A DNA stretch of 63,730 nt, filler included, from Rozella allomycis CSF55 (taxonomy: Eukaryota), in the NCBI GenBank assembly GCA_000442015.1. It is 10 parts of 10 records of this genome, joined end to end, with 100 filler letters (N's around TTAATTAATTAA, not from the genome) between each part and the next. Parts side by side here need not be neighbours in the genome. Positions count along the whole stretch, not along the records: positions 48,494 to 50,495 come from KE560840.1; positions 50,596 to 53,110 come from KE560842.1; positions 53,211 to 56,418 come from KE560846.1; positions 56,519 to 58,654 come from KE560849.1; positions 58,755 to 60,604 come from KE560864.1; positions 60,705 to 63,730 come from KE560867.1; 4 more parts are not named here. One strand, written 5' to 3'. Shown piece by piece: positions 50,069 through 61,618 of this stretch. The notes under the pieces are model-generated. The model was not told the DNA's origin, searched no databases, and worked only from the letters and a program-made list of their open reading frames with translations. A program made the position numbers and the translations under genes. Position 1 is the first letter of the stretch; every line of letters begins with the position of its first letter.

Positions 50069-50859
50069 CTCGTTGACAGGGATAAATAAAGGTTCAGGTT
50101 TTATTTAGAGCATATCATGATTATCATCTACTTCATTAAACCCATAACAAAGGGATACCTCGGAACCCCAAACTAAGTGACCATAGAATTCAAGCAAATA
50201 TGTCTACATTACTAACTTTTTGATACCAATAGCTTGAATTTTAACACCCTAAACGGAATGGCGTTTGGATTGAGGCACTCAAGCGAATATAAATTACATC
50301 AAGATTTTGTGATTCTTAACATGTCTCGGAGTACTCGTTAAATAGGACAGAGATTTAAAAACCAACAATAAATATCTTCACGTAAAACAAATTTTGTCTA
50401 TTGTCTATTTCTCTTGAAATATGGTCTAGTGAATGATGAGTGTGGAGTGAAAGCCAGTGTCGTACCTAGCCCATGGGGGGACACCTGTAGTAAGGNNNNN
50501 NNNNNNNNNNNNNNNNNNNNNNNNNNNNNNNNNNNNNNNTTAATTAATTAANNNNNNNNNNNNNNNNNNNNNNNNNNNNNNNNNNNNNNNNNNNNTCAAA
50601 CACTCGGGACAAAGAAGATGAGGACTTAGCATAGAGCGACAACAACAGTTGATACAAACTGTTTGCTTTCCAATAGGTGTTAAATAAATTTGCCAATGTT
50701 TGTTGCAGAGTCTGGACGTTGCGTAAGCTATCTTTGCACAACAAACGCATAAAGGCATTGTGGCGTTGTAGAATATAGTATCAAGAATAACTTCTATAAT
50801 ACATGACAATTTAACGCGTATTTAAAAATATTAATGGATTATGATAGCTTTTACCATAA

Positions 50860-51270
50860 TTAAAGACGACAATTTAATTTAATCTTAAATATAAAATTAT
50901 TACTAATCACAACAATTGACAACCGACAGCTATGACGAGCCAAAAAATTCTCACAAAATCAAACCAAATGGTAATAAAAAACAGTCTTAACCATACTTAA
51001 ATACAAGAATATAATTTAATCTTAAATATCAAATTATTACTAATCACAACTATTAATAACCGACACCTGTGACGAAGCAAAATAAATCTCACAAAATCGA
51101 ACCAACTAGTAATAAATCACTTTCTACACCATAATTAAATACGAAAATATAGTTTAATCTTAAATATCAAATTATTGCTAATCACAACTATTATAACCGA
51201 CACCTNAATAGTAATACATCACTTTTTAAACCATTATTAAATACAATAATATAATGATTTCTTATATATC
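50860..51270. repeat. AT-rich tandem repeat, about 137-bp unit, about 3 copies
   Basis: TTTAATCTTAAATAT(C/A)AAATTATT(A/G)CTAATCACAAC recurs at about 50878, 51015 and 51153. Confidence 0.8.
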
Positions 51271-51589
51271 AGACCCTGGACAAATAGGCGACGTAAACAC
51301 AAAGCCAATAATCAAAGTGACAACTGTGAGCCCCAGTTAGTGACAGTGGATCCGATTTTGAGACAACAATTAAAGCCAATCAAAAAATTCGAAAGAACTT
51401 AGGGCAACAAAAACGACGACGCAATGACGCTTATAGAGAGACCGAAAACGAAAAGCAACGACAACGACGAGATGAAAATAGGCCCATCACCAAATATATA
51501 AATATTAAAATACAAGGTGGTAGTTCGTCTTTGATAAAACGAACTCATGAATCATTTGGCCGTCAAGGAAACATAATTGTTTAAAAGTG

Positions 51590-52175
51590 AAGAGAAACAT
51601 ATTAATGTCGATCAATCTGTAATACTAAAAGCTGAGTTGCCATGGTAATTGGTTGTCAAGAATATAGGTGAACTTTCAATGATGCCAACAATGAGTACCA
51701 GTATTTTTTATTTTGAATGCTAATACGTTGTCGTCTGAGCCCAAACCACTCTTTAAGCGTTTCTGATGTATCATGTGGATAAAATAGTCAATACAATGGG
51801 TAAGTAAACAATGCTTGGTTTTGTTAGTTGTTAGTCTCGCCTGAGCCTCAGTAAAATAGTCTAATGTCTATAAAACCATTTTTGCAACGTGACAGCGAGT
51901 GAAGCGAGTCGGTCTATGGACAATGGCATGCGAACCTGTTATTAAACATGCGATATACCTATGAGGACAACCCTAGAAACAAATGTTTTTCTAGATTTTA
52001 GTTAAGCGCAACTGCGCAAGTATGGAGTACAGATGCCTCTCAAAGCAATTACAAAATCATAACATGCTTACCATCTGGTATCTATATTATAGTATCGGTT
52101 TTATCTATGAGAGAAACATAACGAATCGAACACAATTCAGTTTTGTAATACGAGCGAAGCGAGTACAACCGCTAG
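51590..52175 (+). mobile_element. Non-autonomous Helitron-like element with intact 3' terminus
   Basis: Ends ACGAGCGAAGCGAGT-ACAACCG-CTAG|T (hairpin just upstream of CTAG, followed by T). Body shared with three other loci; 5' end not defined. Confidence 0.75.
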
Positions 52176-52339
52176 TTGTTAAATAATATACGAGAATTAA
52201 ACACACTAATTTGGGAAAGCATTTTTCAATCCAAAATGGATGCGATTATGTTACAATCAGATTTTTTTGGAAACTTTTAACTCAACAAGACAGCAAGCAG
52301 TTTATAATGACAAATCTATTATTACAAAATTGAATAATA

Positions 52340-52549
52340 TAATGACAACATACGTTGGTGACCAATATTGAATGTTCCGACATTGTTGTATTGAAGTCTT
52401 GGAAGGGCTGTCAGCCACAATATATTCATTGTGATTATGATGACACGAAACTAGACGAATATAAACATGATTACCCTATTCGTGGTATTGTCGCATTAGA
52501 ACACGGGGCCGAACTTTTATTATACAAAGGATCAATAACTATTTTTTAA
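52340..52549 (+). pseudogene. Fragment of a 2OG-Fe(II)/PhyH-like dioxygenase
   Basis: VVLKSWKGCQPQYIHCDY (HxD) ... PIRGIVALEHG; short and isolated. Confidence 0.4.
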
Positions 52550-54499
52550 TCATTTACTGGAACTTCTGAGTAATGACACAAATCTCCGGCAAATATCTTT
52601 TGATTGCCACGTACTACATCATCATTGATCAAGATCAACTTATTAGCCACTTCAAGTAAGAGCGGCTAAAAGCCGGTTACAAATTTCTGGCTTGCAACCG
52701 TGGTCTTGACATCTATCCAAATGAACTTTGGCTCGGTGATGAAGCTATCGCAAGAAATCTGTGACACATTGACAGGTCTANAAATCAAAAATAAAATTGA
52801 AAAAAGTGATCATAAGTCATTAATCTTTTCAAATTTTAATTATTTTTTAATCATTAACTAGAACATCTGAGTAATGACCCAAATCTCCGGCAAATATCTT
52901 TTGATTACCACGTACTAAATGATCATTGATCAAGATCAACTTATTAGCCACTTCGGTTAAGAGCGGCTAAAAGCCGGTTACAAGNGAAGAGATAAATATT
53001 AATGTCGATCAATTGTTAAATAAAATAAGAAAATTAGAAAAACTAATTTGGGAAAGCATTTTTCAATTCAAAATGGATGCGATAATGTTACAATCAAATT
53101 TTCATTTTTTNNNNNNNNNNNNNNNNNNNNNNNNNNNNNNNNNNNNNNNNNNNNTTAATTAATTAANNNNNNNNNNNNNNNNNNNNNNNNNNNNNNNNNN
53201 NNNNNNNNNNTTTAGTTATAGGATAGTTTTGGTTGTTTTAGGATAGTTTAATTGTTTTAGGTTTTAGGATAGTTTTAGTTTTGATTTTGATTGTAAGTAT
53301 GATTAGTGTTAATTATTATTATTCCTGTTAATGTTTTAATATATATGTTTTTTTGAAGATTGAAGATAAAGAATAGATCGTTCGAGTTCTTGTGTGTGCT
53401 CCCTCTGAGCGCCCACGAGTGAAGCCGGCGGTCATAAAGATCTCGTTAGTTTTTCTTTTCGATCAGAAGAGGATTCAAAATGGCTCATAACTCTAATGAA
53501 TGGATGGATGGATGTCTTAAAAGATGAAAGTAAGATGAATTGANCAGACGAAATTACCTTCAATGTAATTTTCTTTTTTGTTTTGTAATTATTCGTTAGT
53601 GCATATTATTTTTGTTTAGTTTGTATGATTGGGTTTAGTTTTAGTTTAGTTATAGGATAGTTTTGGTTGTTTTAGGATAGTTTAATTGTTTTAGGTTTTA
53701 GGATAGTTTTAGTTTTGATTTTGATTGTAAGTATGATTAGTGTTAATTATTATTATTCCTGTTAATGTTTTAATATATATGTTTTTTTGAAGATTGAAGA
53801 TAAAGAATAGATCGTTCGAGTTCTTGTGTGTGCTCCCTCTGAGCGCCCACGAGTGAAGCCGGCGGTCATAAAGATCTCGTTAGTTTTTCTTTTCGATCAG
53901 AAGAGGATTCAAAATGGCTCATAACTCTAATGAATGGATGGATGGATGTCTTAAAAGATGAAAGAAAGATGAATTGAAACTAATCAAATAGAGATTGAGG
54001 TAGAAACGAGTGTTTATTTACATTTTGTTGCTTCTTTTATCTTCTACTGTTCCCATGGATACTTCCCTTCTAGAACCTTCTAATAAATTGTTTTCATATT
54101 CATTCTTCATAAACTTCTCTTCTTTAGTTTCTTTTATTATAATTCCTTTGACTTCTTGGAGGTGTGCTAACACCTCATTAAGCTTTACTTGAATTTTAGC
54201 TTCGTTAATTCTTGCTTCGTTAACCTCTTTGCCACCGAAGCTTATTCCAACACTACATGTGAATAATAATGTTGTTGAAGATGTTACTGAAAAAAATAAT
54301 TGAAAATTGAAATGATTGCAAGATATGAGCATATAGAAAACAGGAGCTAAAATTGAGTGTGATTAGATCGATTGATCAGTTCTAAGTTCTCACAGGGATG
54401 CTAAATGAAAATGAATTTAATTATTGACAAGAAGGATAAGGTATAATTATTTAATTATAAAAGTTTTGAAAGGGGCATTGAAATTTGAATCGTCTCGAC

Positions 54500-55155
54500 A
54501 CTAAAAATTCTTTTGAAATAACGAAAAAAGGCTCACTATTCTTTTCAAGAGTCGGTGTCTATATGTATTATGAATTTTAGATTGGAAATTTTAACCATAA
54601 ATTAGGAGGATCAAGTATTAACATCCTGATGGCACTATGAAAAATACGACTCTCTCTCACGAGGCATCATTCTCTAATTTAAACGACAGTTAGACGAATC
54701 GCGTGATCGCGTAAGTGTTGCCCTCAAATTCACATCAACAATTAGGACCTTGACACTGCAGTTACTGTGTTGCGCATTTCTTTGAAATGTCCACAGCAAT
54801 GACGTAATACACACGGATGTCCGACCAAACAATATTTTACGCGTCAAATCTGTAAAAAACTGTGAAATTGTTTTAGCTGATTGGGGATGTGCATGCACGC
54901 CAAGTAATGGTGAATTAATTTTATTAATATCAACCTAGTTGACACCCGTTCCTTACAATGGTGCTGATTGTCCTTTTCCCCCCTAGCGATTAACTGCAGA
55001 ATATAAGCCGAAATATTCAGAAGATTTCGTCTGTTGGCTAGATTGCTTATATATGTATGACAGGCATTCCCGCATAGATCCTTCTCAATTGGAAAGATGC
55101 CCTGAAATACTGTAATGACCTGAACTATGATGTTCTAGCAGCGATGGAAAATTAA
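54500..55155 (+). pseudogene. Degenerate protein kinase fragment (CRN-associated type)
   Basis: Manual translation near 54790-54900: VHSNDVIHTDVRPNNIL...VLADWGCA (catalytic loop and DFG-equivalent), with in-frame stops around it. Confidence 0.65.
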
Positions 55156-55276
55156 AATATATGCATATTCAAACATAAAATAACTGATAAGTTTACCTTG
55201 GTAATCACTGCATCGCTAAAAGTGTGCTGAATTTTTTTCCTAGAAACCAAAAAGTTTAATCATATATTATAAACAA

Positions 55277-56418
55277 TTAGTGGTTGTGCTCGCTTGGTTC
55301 GCATTAAAAAATTAAATATCTTGTTTTTCACAAAGCATCGTGTGATTTTGCAATTTGATAGGCATCTTACTCCATATTTGTGCTTTACGAAAAACAATTT
55401 GTGTCTAAAGGTTGACATCGCTTCGCTCACATTAATAGATTTACATATTTCCGGGTTCGCGCGCTAGTTAGCACTTACGGCCCCGGGTTCCCACCTAGGG
55501 TTTGTACTCGTTTCACTCGCATTCATATTGCAAAAATGCGTTTTATAGACTATTTTCTTGAATCAAAGATGAGCCTGACAAAGAGAATATTGTCTTTTTT
55601 GCACATTCCATTTTACGCACATGCGAAACCCCTAAAGAGTAGTTTTGACTCAAATAACAACTATAAGCTAAACATTAAGTCATTATCAAAATGTCCCACT
55701 CATTAGTCGGCATCATGGAAGATGATCAGTTCTATTCTCGACGGCCGCCAATTACCAGTATTACATAGCATTACAGACTGGCGGTTGTACTCACTTCGCT
55801 CTCATTAAAAAACTGGGTTGTGTTCGTTGTGTTTCTTAATTCACGCATAGATAAAACCGATACTATAATCTAGATGGTAAGCATGGTATAATTTTGCAAT
55901 TGCCTGGAGAGGCATCTGTACTCCATACTTGCACTTAACTAAAAAGAGTTTGTTTCTAGGGTTGTCTACCTAGATCGCATATGTTTAATTAGCACATCCT
56001 GATCCGGGTTCGCACGCCATTGTCCATTTGTACTCGCTTCACTAGTAAAGAGTAGACTCAGACGACAACTTATAAGCATTGGTTGGAATAATGCTATTTA
56101 TAGAAACTCACTACCAGTATAAAATCAATAAACTCCGTGGAGATTAATCTTCCGGTTACCTACCAATTACCAGTTCCAATTCTTATGTCTTCTGATTCCA
56201 ATTCACCAGTTAACGTCACCTATTAATATCAGAGCTACAGGAGCTTAAGNGTTTCTAGGGTTGTCTACCTAGATCGCATATGTTTAATTAGCACATCCTG
56301 ATCCGGGTTCGCACGCCATTGTCCATTTGTACTCGCTTCACTAGTAAAGAGTAGACTCAGACGACAACTTATAAGCATTTGTTGGAATAATGCTATTTAT
56401 AGAAACTCACTACCAGTA
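55277..56418 (-). mobile_element. Cluster of Helitron-like repeat copies
   Basis: Terminus GCGAACCAAGCGAGCACAACCA-CTAA|T at about 55277-55302 (minus strand), plus further family bodies and terminus-like motifs at about 55420, 55505, 55785 and 56030. Confidence 0.7.
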
Positions 56419-56518
56419 NNNNNNNNNNNNNNNNNNNNNNNNNNNNNNNNNNNNNNNNNNNNTTAATTAATTAANNNNNNNNNNNNNNNNNNNNNNNNNN
56501 NNNNNNNNNNNNNNNNNN

Positions 56519-57189
56519 CATTCAACAAGAGCAAATGCACAAACTGGAGAGCCAGGGGAAAGCGGTTTTCTTAAATATTGACACACAGCAGGATGTTGAC
56601 CCAAAGTTAGAAGCATTTTTACTGCATGATGAAAATCGGAATTTACAACAAGTTCTTTATAAGCGAAGTCACGATCCCCCTCTGATAGCTTTTTTGAAAC
56701 TTTGTTCACTATTTCGCGAAGAACTGCAACTGCAAGACTAACCACACCTTTCTGTGCAGCAAGTGTGAGAACTTCGTCGTCTCCAAATAATACAAGGTTA
56801 GAAATAACCCTGAACGAATTTTGAAATATGAGAGCGTTTCGGGCTTTGTTTTGCCTGTTAGTATATTCTTTGCCAGTTCCCGATCTTTCCAGTTCTGCCC
56901 ACTTGTCAGAAATAGTTGAATGTGCGATGGCTAGTAAACGATCAAAACTATTTTTTGCAACTAGATACCTTGCACTAGGGGTGCCTGGTGGAATAAGAAC
57001 CATCGCTTGCAGATTGTACAGCAACGTACTTAAGTTTGTTACTGTTAAAGCGGCTGGATTAGGATCTCTCGGGTTCACTATTAGGGCTGCCCTATTTAGC
57101 TCTAGATTGTAACCTGCCCTGCGGTTCATAGCTAGAGTAAGAGCAGCGAAAAAGACACATGTTGTTAAAAAATTTCTAAGTGAGAACAT
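56519..57189 (-). CDS. Predicted secreted helical protein (effector candidate), truncated by gap
   Basis: Signal peptide MFSLRNFLTTCVFFAALTLA; more than 220 aa open, intronless. Confidence 0.7.
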
Positions 57190-57617
57190 TTTTCAGTGGG
57201 CTGTCTACCGGGGTGTGCGGTATTTACGTATTTTTAAGTGGCTTAGCAAACGCTTATTTATATAGAAGCTAAAATTAAAAGAGGAAAATTTAAGTCATTT
57301 TTTGTACGTTATAGAATTATTACTAGCCATATTGCGGTTCTAAATTCGCAGTATGTAAATGGAAGTGGTGATTGGCTGTTAGTAGTGGCCTCGAGTTGAC
57401 AAGGGACTCAAGATCTCAAGCCTTGCATTTCTCGAGTCATCCATAACTTCTGGAACTTTGATTACAGGCATCAGCCATTCAACAAGAGCAAATGCACAAA
57501 CTGGAGAGCCAGGGGCAGGATGTTGACCCAAAATTATAAGCATTTTTACTGCATGATGAAAATCGGAATTAACAACAAGTTCTTTATATGCGAAGTCACG
57601 ATCCCCCTCTGATAGCT

Positions 57618-58630
57618 ACTTATAAGCATTCAAAATAGAAAATACTACTCATTATTGGCATCATAATTATATATCTTGACAACCAATTACCATGGCAACT
57701 CAGCGGTTGTACTCCCTTCGCTCGTATTAAAAAACTGGATTGTGTTCGAATTCGTTATGTTTCTCNCAGGATGTTGACCCAAAATTATAAGCATTTTTAC
57801 TGCATGATGAAAATCGGAATTAACAACAAGTTCTTTATATGCGAAGTCACGATCCCCCTCTGATAGCTACTTATAAGCATTCAAAATAGAAAATACTACT
57901 CATTATTGGCATCATAATTATATATCTTGACAACCAATTACCATGGCAACTCAGCGGTTGTACTCCCTTCGCTCGTATTAAAAAACTGGATTGTGTTCGA
58001 ATTCGTTATGTTTCTCGCATAGATAAAACCGATACTATAATATAGATACCAGATATTGGTAAGCATGATATGATTTTCAATTGCCTTGAGAGGCATCTGT
58101 ACTCCATACTTGCGCTTAACTAAAATTTAAAAAAACGTTTGATAGGTATATCGCATATGTTTAATTAACAGGTTCGCCTGCCATTGTCCATAGACCGACT
58201 CGCTTCACTCGCTTTCACGTTGAAAAAATGGTTTTATAGACATTAGACTATTTTACTGAGGCAAAGGCGAGACTAACAACTAACAAAACCAAGCATTGTT
58301 TATTTTCCCATTGTATTGACTATTTTATCCACACAAGCGGTTGTACTCGCTTCGCTCGCATAAAAAAGCTGGATTGTGTTCGTTATGTTTCTCGCATAGA
58401 TAAAAGCGGTGCAATAGCCTTGAGTGGCATCAGTACTCCATATTTGCGCTAACTACAAAGAGTTTGTTTCTAGGGTTTCATATGCTTAATTAGCACATCT
58501 GGGCTCGCATGCCATTTTCCATAGTTAATGGTTTGTACTAGTTTCACTCACTAACTGTTTTTTATAGACTATTGTCCCGAGGCTAAGGAGAGAATAGTAA
58601 CAAAGTGAAGCGTTTGTCGCTCCATGCGCT
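57618..58630 (-). mobile_element. Helitron-like repeat copies in head-to-tail array
   Basis: Reverse complement of 51.6-52.2 kb; AGCGGTTGTACTC(G/C)CTTCGCTCG at about 57702, 57953 and 58336. Confidence 0.75.
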
Positions 58631-58754
58631 TATAGTATCTTAATCCTCTTAAATNNNNNNNNNNNNNNNNNNNNNNNNNNNNNNNNNNNNNNNNNNNNTT
58701 AATTAATTAANNNNNNNNNNNNNNNNNNNNNNNNNNNNNNNNNNNNNNNNNNNN

Positions 58755-59720
58755 AATTCAATAAATTACCTTTAACGTTTACTTCTTTTTAGTTCTACAG
58801 TATACCAATTTCATAACCGAATTCTTCAATTAAACGAAGCTTTATATCCATATGTTTTGTTCGAAATTGTTGAACAGGGTTTTGATGCTACTGCGATCGT
58901 GGATTTTTTGCCTTGCAATATTGACATACTACCTGTGACCTTAAAATTTAATTCCTTCCGGATATTTCTGAAATTTAATCCTTCCCCAATACACCCAACC
59001 AAAGCAATATATTCGGCTTCAGTACTACTTAGAGCAACAAATTTTCAAAATCCAGTTAGCAATACCGATATCTTTAATATCGAATTTTGACTTTATGATT
59101 TCCTTTACACCTGAAATCATAAATGTATTATTTGATATCAATAATATATCATCAACACAAATCAAAACAATCAACAGTTTTCCAGATGAATCATATCGAT
59201 ACATCATCATACATGGTTCACTTTTGCAGGCAATTAGTCCGGAATCTGACAAATATTGACTAAAAGTTTTGAACCATTCCGACGATGCTTGATGTAAACC
59301 ATAATGAGATTGCAATAATTGAGCAACCATTTCAACTTTTGTTTCTTTGTGAAATTCTTCAAAACCGTATTAATATCAATTTGTTCATGATCCACCCTTG
59401 TAAAACAGAAAGAGAAAGAATATATCTAACAGATTAGATTCGGACGACAGGGGAAAAAGTGGTTTTATAGGTTGGTTACCCCATAGCAACCAAGAGAGCC
59501 TTAAATCTTTTTATATACCCATTGTTATGATCAAATACCCATTTTGATGGAATTACTTTTCTATTAGGAGGTGGAGTAACAACATTCCATGTATTATGTT
59601 TGTTTAAAGATTCCATTTCCTCATACATGGCTGTTATAAAATACTGTCCAAATGGTCCTTCCAAAGCTTGTTTTACTGATTTCGGTGGAGATTGAAAATC
59701 AGATCGGTTGATTAAAACAT
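58755..59720 (-). mobile_element. Degenerate Ty1/copia reverse transcriptase/RNase H fragment
   Basis: AMYEEMESLNKHNTW..KVIPSKWVF..RFKALLVAMG; YGLHQASSEW; ICVDDILL; KFDIKDIG; TKHMDIK. Confidence 0.85.
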
Positions 59721-60099
59721 TATTTGGTTTTGAATATTTTGATTTAGATTGAGAAGGTCATTTAATATTTTCTTTTATAGGTCTTGGTAGAGGGTAGATA
59801 TATTTACACCCGGGGTGTGCTTCACCCCTGGCAAAAAAGTCGGGGTAATGAAGAAGTATGATTGGGGGATGCTGGGCTGCGCCAAAATGTCACATGTCAC
59901 GTCATATTTTATGTGCATTTGAGAGGCTTAGCTTTTAGTCTAAAAATATCTTTCTACTTAGAATATTTCTCAAAAATCACTTTTGTCCTGAACATGTAAA
60001 CTCATAATATCGATACACTGTATGTCTGATATTATAAAGTTACCATTAATAAAAAGTTTATGACCTTGTCTACTACTCTTTCTAACTTTTACTTTGTAG

Positions 60100-60604
60100 T
60101 ATTGTACATACTGTATGCGTGCTTTTTGAATTTATTACGTGGCAAATTGAAATCTCTGACTTTAACATGACTGCGCGGCCAATTGTTGACGCAGTTTTGC
60201 AATGGGACTATATTTGCCTAGTAAGCAAATACTGGAACAGGAAAATTATTTCCATGGAAGGAGTGCGTGATGTTCATTGTTCCTGAATTGCGCGGGATAA
60301 TACCAAAATCGTTTTCTCAGATATTCTCGCATATATATGCCTCGCCGTGTAAGCGATTTTACTTAGAAATATACAACGAGGAAGCGAGAGATTTATTGAG
60401 CAAAACACCTAAAGGGTTGGAACTAAAAGAACATCCTGAAACCGGTGTCTATGTGCAATATTTATCTAATTTTGTTGTAAAGAGTATTCAAGAAATAGAA
60501 CAATTGATGAATGTTGGTCAAAAGAATTGCAGCGAGCATGAATGAGCATTTGTCACGATCACAATTAATTTCCACCATAACAGTTGAGTCTTCTGAAACT
60601 GCTG
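60100..60604 (+). pseudogene. Kinesin-2 (KIF3-like) motor-domain pseudogene fragment
   Basis: ARPIVDAVL, broken P-loop TGTGK, PELRGIIP, YLEIYNEE.RDLL, LELKEHPETGVYV; switch I degenerate (LSRSQ); frameshifts and deletions. Confidence 0.75.
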
Positions 60605-61618
60605 NNNNNNNNNNNNNNNNNNNNNNNNNNNNNNNNNNNNNNNNNNNNTTAATTAATTAANNNNNNNNNNNNNNNNNNNNNNNNNNNNNNNNNNNNNNNN
60701 NNNNAAATTACTTTTCAACCTATTCTACACTGTCAATTCATTGATCTATCTTTCGCAGACGACAAAAGTCTGTGTTTTTTTAATGTCAATTCATTTTATA
60801 ATTTAGCTCAGTTTTTGAAAAACAAAAGATTATGAATCAAAAAGTAGACGTTAATCGTCTAACAAGCCTCGTAGTGCTCGTTAAATCGGACGGGGAGTTT
60901 CTAATTAAAAAAATTTCTTCACACAAAACAACATAGAAACTAATTTTATTTAAGGTATTTATGCCAGTCTTCTCAGAATCATGGATGCATTCCTTTTTGC
61001 TAATGTGAAACTAATTTTTAATCTGAGCCTGTGGTATACCACATTAGTCTCAATATTTTGCAGATTGGACACTGTATGCGCGATACTTTTAAGGAAAGCC
61101 AAAGAATCTACGTCGAATTTCCACCCCGATCCCTCCGAANTGGGAAAAATATCAAACCTTTGTTAAAATGGTAAAAAAAAGGAAAAGAAAGAGAATAAAG
61201 GAGAAAATAACGGAAGAAACGTGGTTGTAAAAGAAGCAAATTTATTGGAAGAATGCTTTGAAAGGTCTCCAAGTGTGAACTTGGAGACCTATAAACTTTG
61301 TCAAACCCCGCTTACTTTTTATGCAAACTTCGCTATATTTCGCCTTATGGGATTTCTAGTGTGAAAATAAAGTGCGACAAAGCTTATCTGATGGTATCTA
61401 GGAAAGAATCAGGGTATAAGAAAAAATCGGAAAATAAGTAAACAATCCGTTACTAATCTCAACTGTTTATAAGTTTTAATAAGTTTCTTTATTAATTGAC
61501 TAATACGTACCAAGAAAAACCAAATCAATCCATTAAAAGAAACCACATTTATTAAAATTTANATTTTCCAGTTTCCTCAGTCCTACGAATCCTGAATCTC
61601 ACGACATAAATCATGACT

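Noticed and set aside
50453-50495. CAGTGTCGTACCTAG resembling a hAT terminal repeat
   Set aside because: Runs into a gap; no partner repeat, target-site duplication or transposase visible.
50596-50809. Cys-rich minus-strand ORF suggestive of a zinc finger
   Set aside because: Short, truncated by a gap, and no family pattern I can name.
53211-53720. TTTTAGG-like words suggesting telomeric repeats
   Set aside because: Degenerate, interspersed and not a tandem array; the apparent second copy is a duplication across a single N.
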